A DNA stretch of 64,000 nucleotides, taken from NCBI GenBank assembly GCA_009840735.1, contig VXNF01000102.1, forward strand, positions 5,038 through 69,037, written 5' to 3'. Positions within the stretch are counted from its first letter, which is position 1. Each line of letters begins with the position of its first letter. Of this stretch, positions 27,290-37,775 are shown piece by piece. Source of the stretch: Acidimicrobiia bacterium. GTDB taxonomy: Bacteria > Actinomycetota > Acidimicrobiia > Acidimicrobiales > CATQHL01. The notes under the pieces were generated by a model that made no database searches, was not told where the DNA came from, and saw only the letters and a program-made list of their open reading frames with translations. The position numbers and the translations under genes are program-made.

Positions 27290-28834
27290 ATGACAGCCGA
27301 ACGATCCCACTGGTGGGTGACCGCAGCAGGAGCACTCACCAGCCTCGTCCTGAATCTCGACCAGGCGACGGTGCTGCTGGGGGCGCCGACCATCGCCGAG
27401 GCGCTCGGCGCCGACCTCTCGGCAACCCAGTGGATGTTCTCGGGATTCCTCCTTCCGTTGGCGGCACTGGTCATGCTGGGGGGCGGCCTGACGGACCGCT
27501 TCGGCGCCTCGCTGATGCTCCGCTCCGGACTGACGCTCTTCATTGCCGGCACCGTCGGCAGCGCCTTCGCCGGCAGCATGGGACTGTTGATCGGCCTGCG
27601 GGCGGTGTCGGGCACCGGAGCCGCGCTGGCCTTCCCGGCCTCGGTGGCGCTGCTGCGTGTGCACCTGCCGGCCGGGCGGCCGCTCAACATTGCGCTGGGC
27701 CTGTGGTTCACCGGCGCGCTCGGGGGTTCGGCGATCGGCCCCCTCATCGGCGGGCTGCTGCTGCGGGCCTGGCCGTGGTGGTCGATCTTCTGGCTGTCGT
27801 GCGGCTTCGCACTGGCCGCCCTTGTACCCGTGCTGATCGGAGTGCGGGAGGATCCGGCACCCTCGGCTGCAACCGACCTTCGCGTGCTGCCCAGTCTTGC
27901 GGGCGCGGTCGGACTGGCCCTGCTGATCTGGGGCCTCATCAGCGCCGGCCAGGAGGGCTGGGGCTCCGGCTCGGTGTTGTGGCGGATGCTCGGAGGACTC
28001 GGGGTGCTGGCGCTCATGACAGCGGCCCTGCGCCGCGGGGCCGGCTCCCGCCCCGAGGTGGGGATCGACCGCCGGCGCCTCGCCGCGGGCCTCATCATCA
28101 TGCTGCTGGCGATCGTCTCGGTGGTCGGGACGATGTTCTTCGTGATCACCTACCTGCAGGGCATACTCGGTTTCTCGCCCCTGGTGGCGGGTGCCGCGTT
28201 CATGCCCTTCGGCGTCGTGGCCGCCCTGATCTCCCCCTTCGCCATGCGCCTGCTGGAGAGGTTCGGCTTCGGCCGCATGCTGGGATCGGCCGTGCTGTTG
28301 GAGGTGGCCGGCCTGGTGCTGGTCTCCCGGATGACCCCCACATCGCCCTACCCCGTCGTCGGCATCGCCCTGGCGCTGGTTGGGGGCGCCATGTCGGTGT
28401 TCCCGGCGGTCTCGCTTCATCTGGCGCTCAGCGCCGCGCCAGCCTCCCGCGGCGGGATCGTCTCGGGCGCGCACACCGTGGCGATCCAGCTCGGCCAACT
28501 CCTCTCGATCGCCATCATCGGCTCGCTGGTCGCCTCGCGGGTCGGCGGCATCTACCGCTCGCTGCTGGGAGACGCCGGTCTCGACCCGGATGTGCCCAGC
28601 GAGATCACCACCGACCTGGCGTTGGGGCGCAGCGCCGCGCCCCCGGGCGTCTCGGAGGCGGACGGCCTGCTCTACAAGATCGCCGGCGAGAAGGCGTTCA
28701 CCACCGCCGTGGGCCAGGCCGCCCTGATCGTGCTGGCCGCCATCGCCGTGGTGGCCGTCGCCGCGCTGGCCGTCCTACGGCCGAAGCGCGACCACTCCCC
28801 GGCGGTCAGCCGGACGGAGCCGTCAACTCCCTGA
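27290..28834 (+). CDS. MFS transporter, 14-TMS (DHA2/EmrB-like)
   Basis: LD-T-V-PTI, GGLTDRFG motif A, GPLIGGLL, YLQGILG-SPL-AG. Confidence 0.88.
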   Translation: MTAERSHWWVTAAGALTSLVLNLDQATVLLGAPTIAEALGADLSATQWMFSGFLLPLAALVMLGGGLTDRFGASLMLRSGLTLFIAGTVGSAFAGSMGLLIGLRAVSGTGAALAFPASVALLRVHLPAGRPLNIALGLWFTGALGGSAIGPLIGGLLLRAWPWWSIFWLSCGFALAALVPVLIGVREDPAPSAATDLRVLPSLAGAVGLALLIWGLISAGQEGWGSGSVLWRMLGGLGVLALMTAALRRGAGSRPEVGIDRRRLAAGLIIMLLAIVSVVGTMFFVITYLQGILGFSPLVAGAAFMPFGVVAALISPFAMRLLERFGFGRMLGSAVLLEVAGLVLVSRMTPTSPYPVVGIALALVGGAMSVFPAVSLHLALSAAPASRGGIVSGAHTVAIQLGQLLSIAIIGSLVASRVGGIYRSLLGDAGLDPDVPSEITTDLALGRSAAPPGVSEADGLLYKIAGEKAFTTAVGQAALIVLAAIAVVAVAALAVLRPKRDHSPAVSRTEPSTP

Positions 28835-29519
28835 GCCGATCGATGACCGCTTCCGTCGACATGACGTCGGCGTACTTGGCGTCGAGGTCGAACAGCCCCA
28901 CGTCGTGGCTGGCGCCGATGCGGTCGTAGACGCACTCCTCAGCCACGATCGTCCGGAAGTTGTAGGAGAAGGCATCCACGGCCGTGGCCCGGATGCAGCC
29001 ACTGGTCGTGCAGCCGACGAGGATCACCGTGTCCACACCGAAGTCCACGAGGTAGCTCACCAGGGCCGTGCCGAAGAAGGCGCTGGCGTGGCGCTTGGGC
29101 AACAGCACGTCGCCCTCCTCCGGAGCCACCTCGGCCACGAACTCGTAGCCCCGGTCGCTAATGGATGTGATCTGCGGGTTGATGCTGCCGAAGCGCCCCG
29201 CGTCGACGGCCTTCTTGGGTGCCACGTACGGATAGACGATCGGAATTCCGGCCGACCGCGCGGCGCCGATGAGCCGGGCGATGTGGGGGATCGCCGCCCA
29301 CGCCCTGTGGCCGCAGGCCGTCGGGTACATGGTGGTGATGGCCTCGCGGATCGGCGCCGGGCGGTCGCCGGCTGTGCGGTACTGCACGTCGATGACCAGC
29401 AGCGCGGGACGTTCGCCGAAACCCGAGGGACCGCCGAATCCCGACAGCTCGTACACATCGAGGTCATCTCCGGGGATCGACGCCAGCCACGACCGCCGGC
29501 CCTCTGGCTGCCCGCTCAT
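28806..29519 (-). CDS. Isochorismatase-family cysteine hydrolase (N-carbamoylsarcosine/maleamate amidohydrolase-like)
   Basis: PALLVIDVQ, K-ASAFFGT, GCTTSGCIRATAVDA, DLDAKYADV. Confidence 0.9.
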   Translation of the reverse strand: MSGQPEGRRSWLASIPGDDLDVYELSGFGGPSGFGERPALLVIDVQYRTAGDRPAPIREAITTMYPTACGHRAWAAIPHIARLIGAARSAGIPIVYPYVAPKKAVDAGRFGSINPQITSISDRGYEFVAEVAPEEGDVLLPKRHASAFFGTALVSYLVDFGVDTVILVGCTTSGCIRATAVDAFSYNFRTIVAEECVYDRIGASHDVGLFDLDAKYADVMSTEAVIDRLRELTAPSG

Positions 29520-29531
29520 GAGTTCTCCCCC

Positions 29532-29611
29532 TTGCTCGGTGGATTCATTGCTTGGTGGATTCAGTGCTCAGTCGTTTCAGTGCTCAGTCGGTTCATTGCT
29601 CAGTCGGTTCT
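29532..29611. repeat. 16-bp tandem repeat x5 spanning the lyase stop codon and the intergenic gap
   Basis: ttgctcggtggattca/ttgcttggtggattca/gtgctcagtcgtttca/gtgctcagtcggttca/ttgctcagtcggttct. Confidence 0.85.
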
Positions 29612-30518
29612 CGAGGTCGTCGAACCGCTCCAGATCCACGAGGGCCTGACGCTGCGCCCATCCGAGCACCCGGTCGCCTAACTCGACGGAGTCGCCGTGC
29701 TCGTACAGGTGCGCCAGGGCGTCCTCACCGGCCTTGAGCATGACCCGCAGCAGCAGGTTGGCATGCAGGATCAGCCGGTAACCCATCTCCGCCAGTTCCT
29801 CGCGGGGCAGCTGCGGGGTCTTGCCGCCCTCCACGACGTTGAGCAGCACGGGCGTGCCCCCCAACTCGGCGGGAATCCGGCGCATCTCCTCCACCGTGCG
29901 CGGCGCCTCCACGAACAGGACGTCGGCGCCGGCCTCTGCGTAGAGGCGCGCCCGGCGGATCGCCTCGTCGAAGCCCAGCACCGAGCGGGCGTCGGTCCGG
30001 GCGATCAGGACCAGGTCGGGATCGGCGCGGGCGCTGAGCGCGGCGTCGATCCGGGAGATCATCTCTCCCGGCGCCACGAGTCGCTGCCCGGCGAAGTGCC
30101 CGCACCGCTTCGGCATTGCCTGATCCTCGATCGCCACGGCGGCGGCGCCCGCCCTCTCCAGCAGGTGAACTGTGCGCATGACCGACAGCGGCCCGCCGAA
30201 GCCACAGTCGGCGTCCACGATGACCGGAATGGCAACGGCGTCGCAGATTCTGGCGGCGCCCTCCACCACCTCGGTCATCGAGACCAAACCGATGTCCGGC
30301 AGCCCGAACTGTGAGTTGGCGAGCCCCGCCCCGGTCACGAAGCAGCAGTCGAAGCCTGCCCGCTCCACGAGGCGGGCAGACAGGGCGTTCACCGCGCCGA
30401 CCACAATCGTGGCCTGCGGACGCGCCAGCAGAAACCGCAGGGCGGCACTACTCGACGGGATCGGCGGACCTCCGAGACCGTGGGGGATTCTCGAGCCGCC
30501 GCCCTCGCCGCGGACCAT
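29577..30518 (-). CDS. Isocitrate lyase/PEP mutase family protein (PrpB/2,3-dimethylmalate lyase-like)
   Basis: GLPDIGL, DADCGFG, IEDQ-PKRCGH, IARTDA, GADVLFVEA, NVVEGGKTP. Start estimated. Confidence 0.9.
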   Translation of the reverse strand: MVRGEGGGSRIPHGLGGPPIPSSSAALRFLLARPQATIVVGAVNALSARLVERAGFDCCFVTGAGLANSQFGLPDIGLVSMTEVVEGAARICDAVAIPVIVDADCGFGGPLSVMRTVHLLERAGAAAVAIEDQAMPKRCGHFAGQRLVAPGEMISRIDAALSARADPDLVLIARTDARSVLGFDEAIRRARLYAEAGADVLFVEAPRTVEEMRRIPAELGGTPVLLNVVEGGKTPQLPREELAEMGYRLILHANLLLRVMLKAGEDALAHLYEHGDSVELGDRVLGWAQRQALVDLERFDDLENRLSNEPTEH

Positions 30519-30620
30519 CAACGCCGCCGGGCCCCAGCCCGTCCGCGCGTCCCTAGCGCCGAGAGTACGGTTGCAACTCGTGCGGGTGGCCGTGCGGGAG
30601 CCCAAGAGAAAGACAGCGTT

Positions 30621-31640
30621 GTGAGGGCGCGGCAATGGGCGTGGCTCATCGTAAAGCGCGTCCTCTTCATGGCCCCGATCCTATTCGGCGTGGCGACAGC
30701 GACTTTCTTCCTCACCCGGCTGGCCGGCGGCGACCCGGCCTATCTGGTCGCCGGCTCCTTCGCCACCGAGGAGGTGATCGCTAGCGTCCGAGCCCAGCTC
30801 GGCACGGACCGCCCGCTGGGCGAGCAGTACGGCGAATTCCTCAGCGACACCATCCGGGGCGATCTCGGCACGTCACTGTTCACCGACCGCCCCGTCACCA
30901 CCGACCTGGCCGACCGACTGCCCGCCACCTTGCAGCTAGTCACCCTCGCCCTGGCCTTCTCCCTGGTCTTCGGGCTGGCGTTGGGCAGCTACGCGGCCCA
31001 CCGGCGGGGCAGGGCAGGCGACAGAGCAGTCCGCTTCGGCAGCTTCTCGGCGCTCTCGGTGCCCGACTTTTGGCTAGGGCTGGTGCTGCTGTTCGTCTTC
31101 TTCTTCAAACTCGACATCGCGCCGGGCCCCACGGGCCAGATCGCAGCGGGCGGACCGGCGCCCCAAGACGTCACCGGCGCCGTGCTTTTCGACGCGATGA
31201 TCACCCTGAACGGCGCGGCCTTCAAAGCGTCGCTGCATCAAATCTGGCTGCCGCTCATGACGATGGTGCTCATCTTCACCGCACCCATCGCCCGCCTGGC
31301 CCGCTCGGCGGCCATCGAGTCGCTGACTTCGGACTCCATTCTCTTCGGACGGGCCTGCGGGCTGTCGAACCGCAAGCTCTGGACCTACGCCACCCGCGGC
31401 GCCCTGCCCCCAGTGGTGACCTTCGTGGGGATCCTCTTCAGCGTGCTGCTGGGAAGCGCCGTGCTGGTCGAGACGGTGTTCTCCTGGGGGGGTGCAGCCC
31501 AGTACGCCGTTAACGCCATCCGCCAGAGCGACTTCCCGGCCGTGCAGGGGTTCGTGCTGGTTGCCGGGGCGCTGTCGGTGGCCATCTTCTTCGTGGTCGA
31601 CCTGCTCTACCGGGTCATCGACCCCCGGGTGCGGCTGTGA
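30621..31640 (+). CDS. Peptide/nickel-family ABC permease (DppB-like)
   Basis: GDLGTS, RLPATLQL, SVPDFWLG, VETVFSWGG, DFPAVQG, DPRVR. Confidence 0.92.
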   Translation: MRARQWAWLIVKRVLFMAPILFGVATATFFLTRLAGGDPAYLVAGSFATEEVIASVRAQLGTDRPLGEQYGEFLSDTIRGDLGTSLFTDRPVTTDLADRLPATLQLVTLALAFSLVFGLALGSYAAHRRGRAGDRAVRFGSFSALSVPDFWLGLVLLFVFFFKLDIAPGPTGQIAAGGPAPQDVTGAVLFDAMITLNGAAFKASLHQIWLPLMTMVLIFTAPIARLARSAAIESLTSDSILFGRACGLSNRKLWTYATRGALPPVVTFVGILFSVLLGSAVLVETVFSWGGAAQYAVNAIRQSDFPAVQGFVLVAGALSVAIFFVVDLLYRVIDPRVRL

Positions 31641-32551
31641 CCCCCCCTCCGGAGACGGACGCCACCCCCGCGACCGCCAGCGGCACCGCGGCGGACTTCG
31701 TCCTGCCGCGGCACGCCGACAGCTTCGGCCGGAGGCTGCGGCGGCGCCTCAACCCTCCGCTGCTGTGGGGCGCGTTCATCATCTTCGTGCTCGCGCTGGG
31801 CGCTTACGTGGTGCCGGCGATCTGGCAGTTCGGCGCCGAGGCCGCCAACCCGCGCGAGGCGCTGCTGCCGCCCAGCGCCCGGCACCCCTTCGGGACCGAC
31901 CGCTCGGGCTTCGACATCTTCGTGCGGGTGTTTCACGCCCCACGGATCGACTTGACCATCGTGGTGCTCGGCGTCGGCCTCGGGGCGCTGATCGGCATCG
32001 TCCTGGGAGTCGCCGCCGGCTTCTCCCGTCGCCTCATGGGCGAGTTCTCGATGCGCCTCGCCGACATCGTGCAGGCCTTCCCGCTGCTGATCCTGGCCAT
32101 CGCCCTAGTGGCCCTCGGCGGCAACAACCTGACCAACGTGGTGTTCGTGCTGGCCTTCGTGAACGCGCCGGTGTTCTTGCGTCTGGTCCGCAGCCGCGTG
32201 CTGACCGTGCGCGAGCAGCGCTACATCGCCGCCGCGGCGGCGCTGGGCAACTCCACGACGCGTCTCGTGTTCCGCCATGTGCTGCCGAACTCGCTCGGAC
32301 CCGCCGTCGTGCAGTTCGGCATCTCAATGGGCTACGGGATCCTCACCCTGGCGGGCTTGGCCTACCTGGGCGTGGGAGTGCAGGTCCCGACGCCCGAATG
32401 GGGTTCGATGATCCTCGGAGGCGCCAGCTACATCACAACCGGCCAGTGGTGGATATCGATCTTCCCGGGCATCTTCCTGGCCATCGCCGTGTTCGCATTC
32501 AACCTGCTCAGCGAGGGGATCGAGCAGGCTCGGGAAGTGCATCTGCGGTGA
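31637..32551 (+). CDS. Peptide/nickel-family ABC permease (DppC-like)
   Basis: HPFGTD, AFPLLILAI, HVLPN, LAYLGVG-PTPEWG, WWISIFPG. Confidence 0.92.
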   Translation: MTPPPETDATPATASGTAADFVLPRHADSFGRRLRRRLNPPLLWGAFIIFVLALGAYVVPAIWQFGAEAANPREALLPPSARHPFGTDRSGFDIFVRVFHAPRIDLTIVVLGVGLGALIGIVLGVAAGFSRRLMGEFSMRLADIVQAFPLLILAIALVALGGNNLTNVVFVLAFVNAPVFLRLVRSRVLTVREQRYIAAAAALGNSTTRLVFRHVLPNSLGPAVVQFGISMGYGILTLAGLAYLGVGVQVPTPEWGSMILGGASYITTGQWWISIFPGIFLAIAVFAFNLLSEGIEQAREVHLR

Positions 32552-33372
32552 CCGGACCAGCCCTCGCCGTGAGGGAGCTCAGCGTAGAGATAGCCGGGCG
32601 CGATGGTGTCGCCTCCGTGCTGGACGGCGTCGGCCTCGCCCTCGCGAGGGGCCGGATGCACGGGCTCGTGGGCGAGACCGGCTCGGGGAAGTCGATGACG
32701 GCGCGCTCGGTCATCGGGCTGTTGCCGCCGGGCGGGCGGGTCACCGCGGGCTCGGTGCAACTCGGCGGGCGAGAGTTGCTCGGGCTCGACGCCGACGAGC
32801 TGCGGGAGCTGCGCGGCGCGGCCATCGGCATGGTGTTCCAGAACCCCCGGACCGCGCTGTACCCGTTGATCACCGTCGAGACCCAAATGGCAAACGTGCT
32901 GAAGGCGCATCTGAACCTGGACCGGCGCGGGCGCGCCGCCCGGATCCGCGAGCGGCTGCGCCTCGTCGGCGTCGACGACGTGGACCGGATCGCCCGGTCG
33001 TACCCCCACGAGTTGAGCGGCGGTCTGGCGCAGCGGGCGGTGATCGCCACGGCGCTGCTCTGCGATCCGGAGGTGCTGATCGCCGATGAGCCCACCACCG
33101 GCCTCGACGCCACGATCCAGCGCCAAATCCTGGAACTGATCGCCTTCTTGCAGTCGGAGTTGTCGCTGTCGGTGCTCATCATCACCCATGACTTGGGCAT
33201 CATCGCCCAGTACTGCGACACCGTCTCGGTCATGCACGACGGGCGGGTCGTCGAGGACGGCGAGATGCGCCGGGTTCTGCTGTCGCCGCAGCACGACTAC
33301 ACCCGACGGCTCATCGCCGCCTCGGACCTGCGCGAGCTGCGCAACGAGCGAGCAGCGAGCGCCGGCCGATGA
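32548..33372 (+). CDS. Peptide-family ABC ATPase (DppD-like)
   Basis: GETGSGKS, VFQNP, YPHELSGG, ADEPTTGLD, ITHDLG. Confidence 0.93.
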   Translation: MTGPALAVRELSVEIAGRDGVASVLDGVGLALARGRMHGLVGETGSGKSMTARSVIGLLPPGGRVTAGSVQLGGRELLGLDADELRELRGAAIGMVFQNPRTALYPLITVETQMANVLKAHLNLDRRGRAARIRERLRLVGVDDVDRIARSYPHELSGGLAQRAVIATALLCDPEVLIADEPTTGLDATIQRQILELIAFLQSELSLSVLIITHDLGIIAQYCDTVSVMHDGRVVEDGEMRRVLLSPQHDYTRRLIAASDLRELRNERAASAGR

Positions 33373-34406
33373 GCGACCCGTCGCACGGCGCCGCGGCGAG
33401 CGACGGCACCGTCGCCGTCGCCGTGACAGGTCTGAACAAGACCTTCGGCACCCGGCGCGGCGTGCCCGACGTCGTCGCCGCCGAGGACGTCGGCTTCACG
33501 GTGCCCTACGGGCGGACCCTCGGCATCGTGGGCGAGAGCGGCTCGGGGAAGTCGACCGTCGCCCGCTGCATCCTGGGGCTCACCCCGGTTGATTCCGGCA
33601 GGATCGAGGTGCTCGGCCGTTCCATCGCCGACGCTCCGGCCCGGGCGCTTCGCTCGTGGCGCAGCGAGATGCAGATCGTCTTCCAGGAGCCGTACGAGTC
33701 GCTGGATCCCCGCTACCGCGTCTGGGAGGCGGTCGCCGAGCCTCTCCTCCTGCACACCGACCTGCGCGGCGCCGACCTGGCTCGGCGCGTCCATGAACTG
33801 CTGGAGCAGGTGGCGCTCTCGCCGGATCTGGCGGGCCGCTATCCCCACGAGCTCTCCGGGGGACAGCAGCAGCGAGTCAACATCGCCCGAGCCTTGGCCA
33901 CCTCACCGCGGGTCCTGGTCCTCGACGAACCGACGGCCTCACTCGACGTGTCGGTGCAGGAGGGCGTGCTGCGCTTGCTGCTGCGGCTGCAGCGAGAGCT
34001 AAACCTCACCTACGTCCTCATCTCGCATGACCTGAAGGCGATCCGGGCCGTCTGCGAACGCGTGGCGGTCATGTACTTGGGGCGTCTCGTGGAGATCGGG
34101 CCCACCGAAGAGGTGCTGTCCAACCCGAAGCACCCCTACACCGAGTTCCTCATCGGCGCCGAACTGTCCGTGGACCCCGACACAGCCCCCGCCGCGAGCG
34201 TCGTGCGCGGCGAGGTGGCCAGCACCGAACGGCCCGCCGGTTGCGTATTCACGGCGCGCTGCCCACTGGTCTCCAGCGCCTGCCACGAGGCGCAACCCGC
34301 GCTGGTCGAGGCGGCGCCGGACCACACCGCGGCCTGCATCCTCGTCGAGCCGATGGCGCCGAGTCAGACGAGTGCTCCGCGCGCAGAGGCCAATCAGGGC
34401 CCCTGA
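33369..34406 (+). CDS. Peptide-family ABC ATPase (DppF-like)
   Basis: GESGSGKST, YPHELSGGQQQR, DEPTASLD, HPYT, C-terminal GC-F-RC motif. Confidence 0.93.
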   Translation: MSDPSHGAAASDGTVAVAVTGLNKTFGTRRGVPDVVAAEDVGFTVPYGRTLGIVGESGSGKSTVARCILGLTPVDSGRIEVLGRSIADAPARALRSWRSEMQIVFQEPYESLDPRYRVWEAVAEPLLLHTDLRGADLARRVHELLEQVALSPDLAGRYPHELSGGQQQRVNIARALATSPRVLVLDEPTASLDVSVQEGVLRLLLRLQRELNLTYVLISHDLKAIRAVCERVAVMYLGRLVEIGPTEEVLSNPKHPYTEFLIGAELSVDPDTAPAASVVRGEVASTERPAGCVFTARCPLVSSACHEAQPALVEAAPDHTAACILVEPMAPSQTSAPRAEANQGP

Positions 34407-34555
34407 TTCCCGGACCGGCGATCCCGCGCCGACTCCTTTGCCCGGCCCCGACGAGGCGACTACCCTTCCGGCGTCATCTCCGAAATCCGGAAACTCGACC
34501 CTTGACGGGGTTCGAGCGCGGGCGCGTCGGAGCAGAACCGATGGGGAAGGGAACC

Positions 34556-36592
34556 ATGCACCAGAACTCCGGAACCTCGAGCGAACTCCGCTGCGGGCGA
34601 GTGTCGGGACGGGCAGGCTGGATCGCCGTCGTGGGCGCCTTGGCGCTGCTGACGGCCGCCTGCGCCGCAGACGACGGCGCGGCCGACACTGCCGACTCGG
34701 CGCTGGGCGAAGCGCAAGCCGCGCAGGCCGAGGCCAACGTGGCCCTCGCCGACGCGCAAGCGGCTTCCGCCCAAGCTGACGCGGCGCTCGCCGCCGCTGA
34801 AGAGGCCCAGGCCGCAGCCAACCTGGCGCAGGCCACCGCCGAAGGCAACCAAGAGGCCGTGGCCGAGGCAGAGGCGGCGCTGGCCGACGCGCAGGCAGCC
34901 GCCGATGCCGCGCGCTCGCAGGCGGCCGCTGCCCAGAGCGAGGCCGATTCGGCGCGGGCCGCCGCGGAGCAGGCCCAAGCGGAGGCGGCGGCCGCCGCCG
35001 AGCGCGAGGCCGCAACGCCGTCGCCGGAGCCGCCCGCACCGGCACCCGAGCCGCCTCCGCCGCCGCCCGCTGCGGTGCCGGCCGTTCCCGACGAGGTCGT
35101 GTTTGCTTTGGCGGGACCCGTGCTGGCCATCAACCCCGACGGCCCGGGTCAGAACAACCTGCCGTCGGTGGGCATCTTCTTCGCCACCTACGACAGCCTC
35201 ACGAACTGGGAGATACCCGCTGACCGCGACGCGCTCTACGCCAGCCTCGCAGACGGCAACGCCGGCCAAGCCCAGCCCGAGCTGGCCGAGAGTTGGGAGA
35301 TCTCCGAGGACGGCAGCGTCTACACCTTCCACCTCCGCGAGGGCGTGATGAGCGACTTCGGCAACGAGATGACCGCCGAGGACGTGCGCTGGTCGCTGGA
35401 GAAGTCGATGTCCGGCTTCACCACGGGCGCCTTCTGGGTCTCGCTCGCCGGCTTGGTGAGCATCGATCAGGTCGAGGTCATCGACGACTACACGCTGCAG
35501 ATCAGCGGGATCTTCGGCGACAAGCTTCTGCCCTCGCTCGGTTCGGGCTGGCTAGTCGTCTATGACTCGACCGAGGTCGCCAGGCACGCCACCGAGGAGG
35601 ATCCGTACGCCAACGAATGGCTCAACCAGAACACCGCCGGCTTCGGTCCGTACCGGGTCGTGGACTTCGGCCCAGGCGGCGACGAAGTCACCCTCGAGGC
35701 GCGCGAGAACTACTGGGGTCCCCAGCCGGCCCTGCAGCGGGTCATCCAGCGCAGCGTCCCCGACGCCAACTCGCGGCTGCAGCTCCTGCTCTCAGGCGAC
35801 GTGGCCTTCGCCGCGGAGCTGACGACGCTCGGCGTCGAGCAGGCCAAGGCAACCGAGGGGGTCGCGGTCACCCGCATGCCGACCACAACCGGGGCGTTCC
35901 TGGCCCTCACCTACGAGCCGCCGTTCGACGATCTGGCCGTGCGCGCCGCGATCGCCCAGGCGATCCCCTACCAGGACATCGTCGACGTGGTCTTCCAAGG
36001 CGAGGCCCTCATCTGGGACTCGATCCTGATCCCGCCGTCACCGGGCTACACCAACGAGTTCTTCCGCGGCTACGACATCGAGGCGGCTGGTGCGGTGCTC
36101 TCGGGCATCGACGCGCCGCTGACCTTGGCGTATGCGGACGGCCTGCCGCTGGACGAGGAGATCGCCATCTTGGTGCAGAACTCGATGCGCGAGGCCGGGT
36201 TCGACCTCAATATCGAGAAGCAGCCACGCGCCACGTTCGACGGACGCAAGTACGGCCGCACCGGCGAGCTGCAGTTCTTCGTCGACGTGATCGACACGCC
36301 CGGCTACTACGACGCCAACTACTACGGCTTCATCTACGGCGGCGTCGGCGGCTTCTTGAACTGGTTCGGCTACGAGAACGAGGAACTGAACGCCGCTCTC
36401 GCAGCCACAGCCGATCCCGCCACGGCCGACGAAGCGGCACGGGAGATCCAGAGGATCTACGCCGAGGACTACCCCATCCACCCCATCGCCTGGACCGGGC
36501 TCGACTACGCCCACGCCGACTACCTGAAGCTGACCCGCGCCATCACCGGAAACGGACTGGTGCGGATCCAGGACTTCGAGGCGGCCGGTTAG
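34556..36592 (+). CDS. Family-5 ABC substrate-binding lipoprotein with an Ala-rich stalk and Pro-rich linker
   Basis: Lipobox LTAAC, Ala-rich helix, PSPEPPAPAPEPPPPPP, then LAESWEIS-DG-YTFHLR, TAEDVRWS, GFGPY. Confidence 0.9.
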   Translation: MHQNSGTSSELRCGRVSGRAGWIAVVGALALLTAACAADDGAADTADSALGEAQAAQAEANVALADAQAASAQADAALAAAEEAQAAANLAQATAEGNQEAVAEAEAALADAQAAADAARSQAAAAQSEADSARAAAEQAQAEAAAAAEREAATPSPEPPAPAPEPPPPPPAAVPAVPDEVVFALAGPVLAINPDGPGQNNLPSVGIFFATYDSLTNWEIPADRDALYASLADGNAGQAQPELAESWEISEDGSVYTFHLREGVMSDFGNEMTAEDVRWSLEKSMSGFTTGAFWVSLAGLVSIDQVEVIDDYTLQISGIFGDKLLPSLGSGWLVVYDSTEVARHATEEDPYANEWLNQNTAGFGPYRVVDFGPGGDEVTLEARENYWGPQPALQRVIQRSVPDANSRLQLLLSGDVAFAAELTTLGVEQAKATEGVAVTRMPTTTGAFLALTYEPPFDDLAVRAAIAQAIPYQDIVDVVFQGEALIWDSILIPPSPGYTNEFFRGYDIEAAGAVLSGIDAPLTLAYADGLPLDEEIAILVQNSMREAGFDLNIEKQPRATFDGRKYGRTGELQFFVDVIDTPGYYDANYYGFIYGGVGGFLNWFGYENEELNAALAATADPATADEAAREIQRIYAEDYPIHPIAWTGLDYAHADYLKLTRAITGNGLVRIQDFEAAG

Positions 36593-36640
36593 CGCGGCCC
36601 CGAGCCCGAGCCGCCCAGACCCGCGAACGCCGGAGACGAG

Positions 36641-37768
36641 ATGCCCGAGCTGCCTGCTCCCACCCAGGAGCAGGCAGCTCACTTCGACTATCTCGAGGGT
36701 CTGCGGGGCTACAACTACACCGTGCACGTGAAGGGCATCCTGGATGCCTACGAGCGTGCAGCGGCCGCAGGCGGATCGGCCCCGGCCACCATGGCCGAGG
36801 CGGGCGAGATCATCGCCCCCAGCCCCCTCTACCGGTTCGCCGCCGCCACCCAGCACCAGGCACAGAAGATGGGCTGGGCCGCGGCAAGGCGCTCGCTCGA
36901 GGGTCACACGAACCGGCTCGCGGAGGTTCTGGACCGGATGCCCGTCGAACCCCTCGGGCGGCTCGTGCTGGATCCCGCCTTGGAGCTGCCCGAGTACTAC
37001 ACGGAGCGTGACAGCGAGGGCCTCGACGACATCCACCTCGTACCCGGTGGGTACTGGGGTGATCCGCTCGTCGGCCCGGTCTACGAGCGGGGCGGGGCGC
37101 TGTACCGCATGGCGTGGCGCACCGGCTACACGGGCAGTCCCCCCGGAGCGCTGATGGCTTTCGCTGCGGGGGCGCCGGCAGGCGAGTACCGGCGCATCTT
37201 GGACCTGGGCTGTTCCTTCGGCGGGCTCACGATGGCCCTGCGGGAGGCCTACCCGGACGCGGAGGAGGTAGTGGGAATCGACATTTCCTCCGCCGCCCTG
37301 CGCTGGGCTCACCTCACGGCGGAGGAACGCGGCCTAGCCATCGCCTTCGAACAGCGGGACGCCACCGACACGGGATATCCCGACGGGAGCTTCGACCTCA
37401 TCGCCGGCTTCCTGCTCCTGCACGAGCTGAGCGCCGAGACCCTCGACGCCGTCATGGCCGAGGCGCACCGGCTCCTGCGACCGGGCGGTCACCTGCGGTT
37501 CCTGGACATGCCCCCGTATGAGGCACTGCCGCCCGAACGCGCCTTCCTGCAGTCCTTCGACTGCGAAGGCAACGGCGAGGCCTTCTGGGACGAGTTCCTG
37601 TCCCGCGACTTCAAGGCCGTCTTGAGTGGCTGTGGCTTCGTACACGTAAGCGACGGTCCGCTGGACTACGACGAACCGGGCTACTGGGGCACCGCCGCGC
37701 TGCTGCGCACCGGCGAGTTCCGGATCGAGAACCGCTGGGTGAACGCCGCCGACAAGCCTGCTGCCTGA
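36641..37768 (+). CDS. Class I SAM-dependent methyltransferase with an extended N-terminal domain
   Basis: ILDLGCSFG, GIDIS, DA-DT-YPDGSFDL, LLHE, RLLRPGG. N-terminal DIHLVPGGY. Confidence 0.88.
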   Translation: MPELPAPTQEQAAHFDYLEGLRGYNYTVHVKGILDAYERAAAAGGSAPATMAEAGEIIAPSPLYRFAAATQHQAQKMGWAAARRSLEGHTNRLAEVLDRMPVEPLGRLVLDPALELPEYYTERDSEGLDDIHLVPGGYWGDPLVGPVYERGGALYRMAWRTGYTGSPPGALMAFAAGAPAGEYRRILDLGCSFGGLTMALREAYPDAEEVVGIDISSAALRWAHLTAEERGLAIAFEQRDATDTGYPDGSFDLIAGFLLLHELSAETLDAVMAEAHRLLRPGGHLRFLDMPPYEALPPERAFLQSFDCEGNGEAFWDEFLSRDFKAVLSGCGFVHVSDGPLDYDEPGYWGTAALLRTGEFRIENRWVNAADKPAA

Positions 37769-37775
37769 GGGTTCG

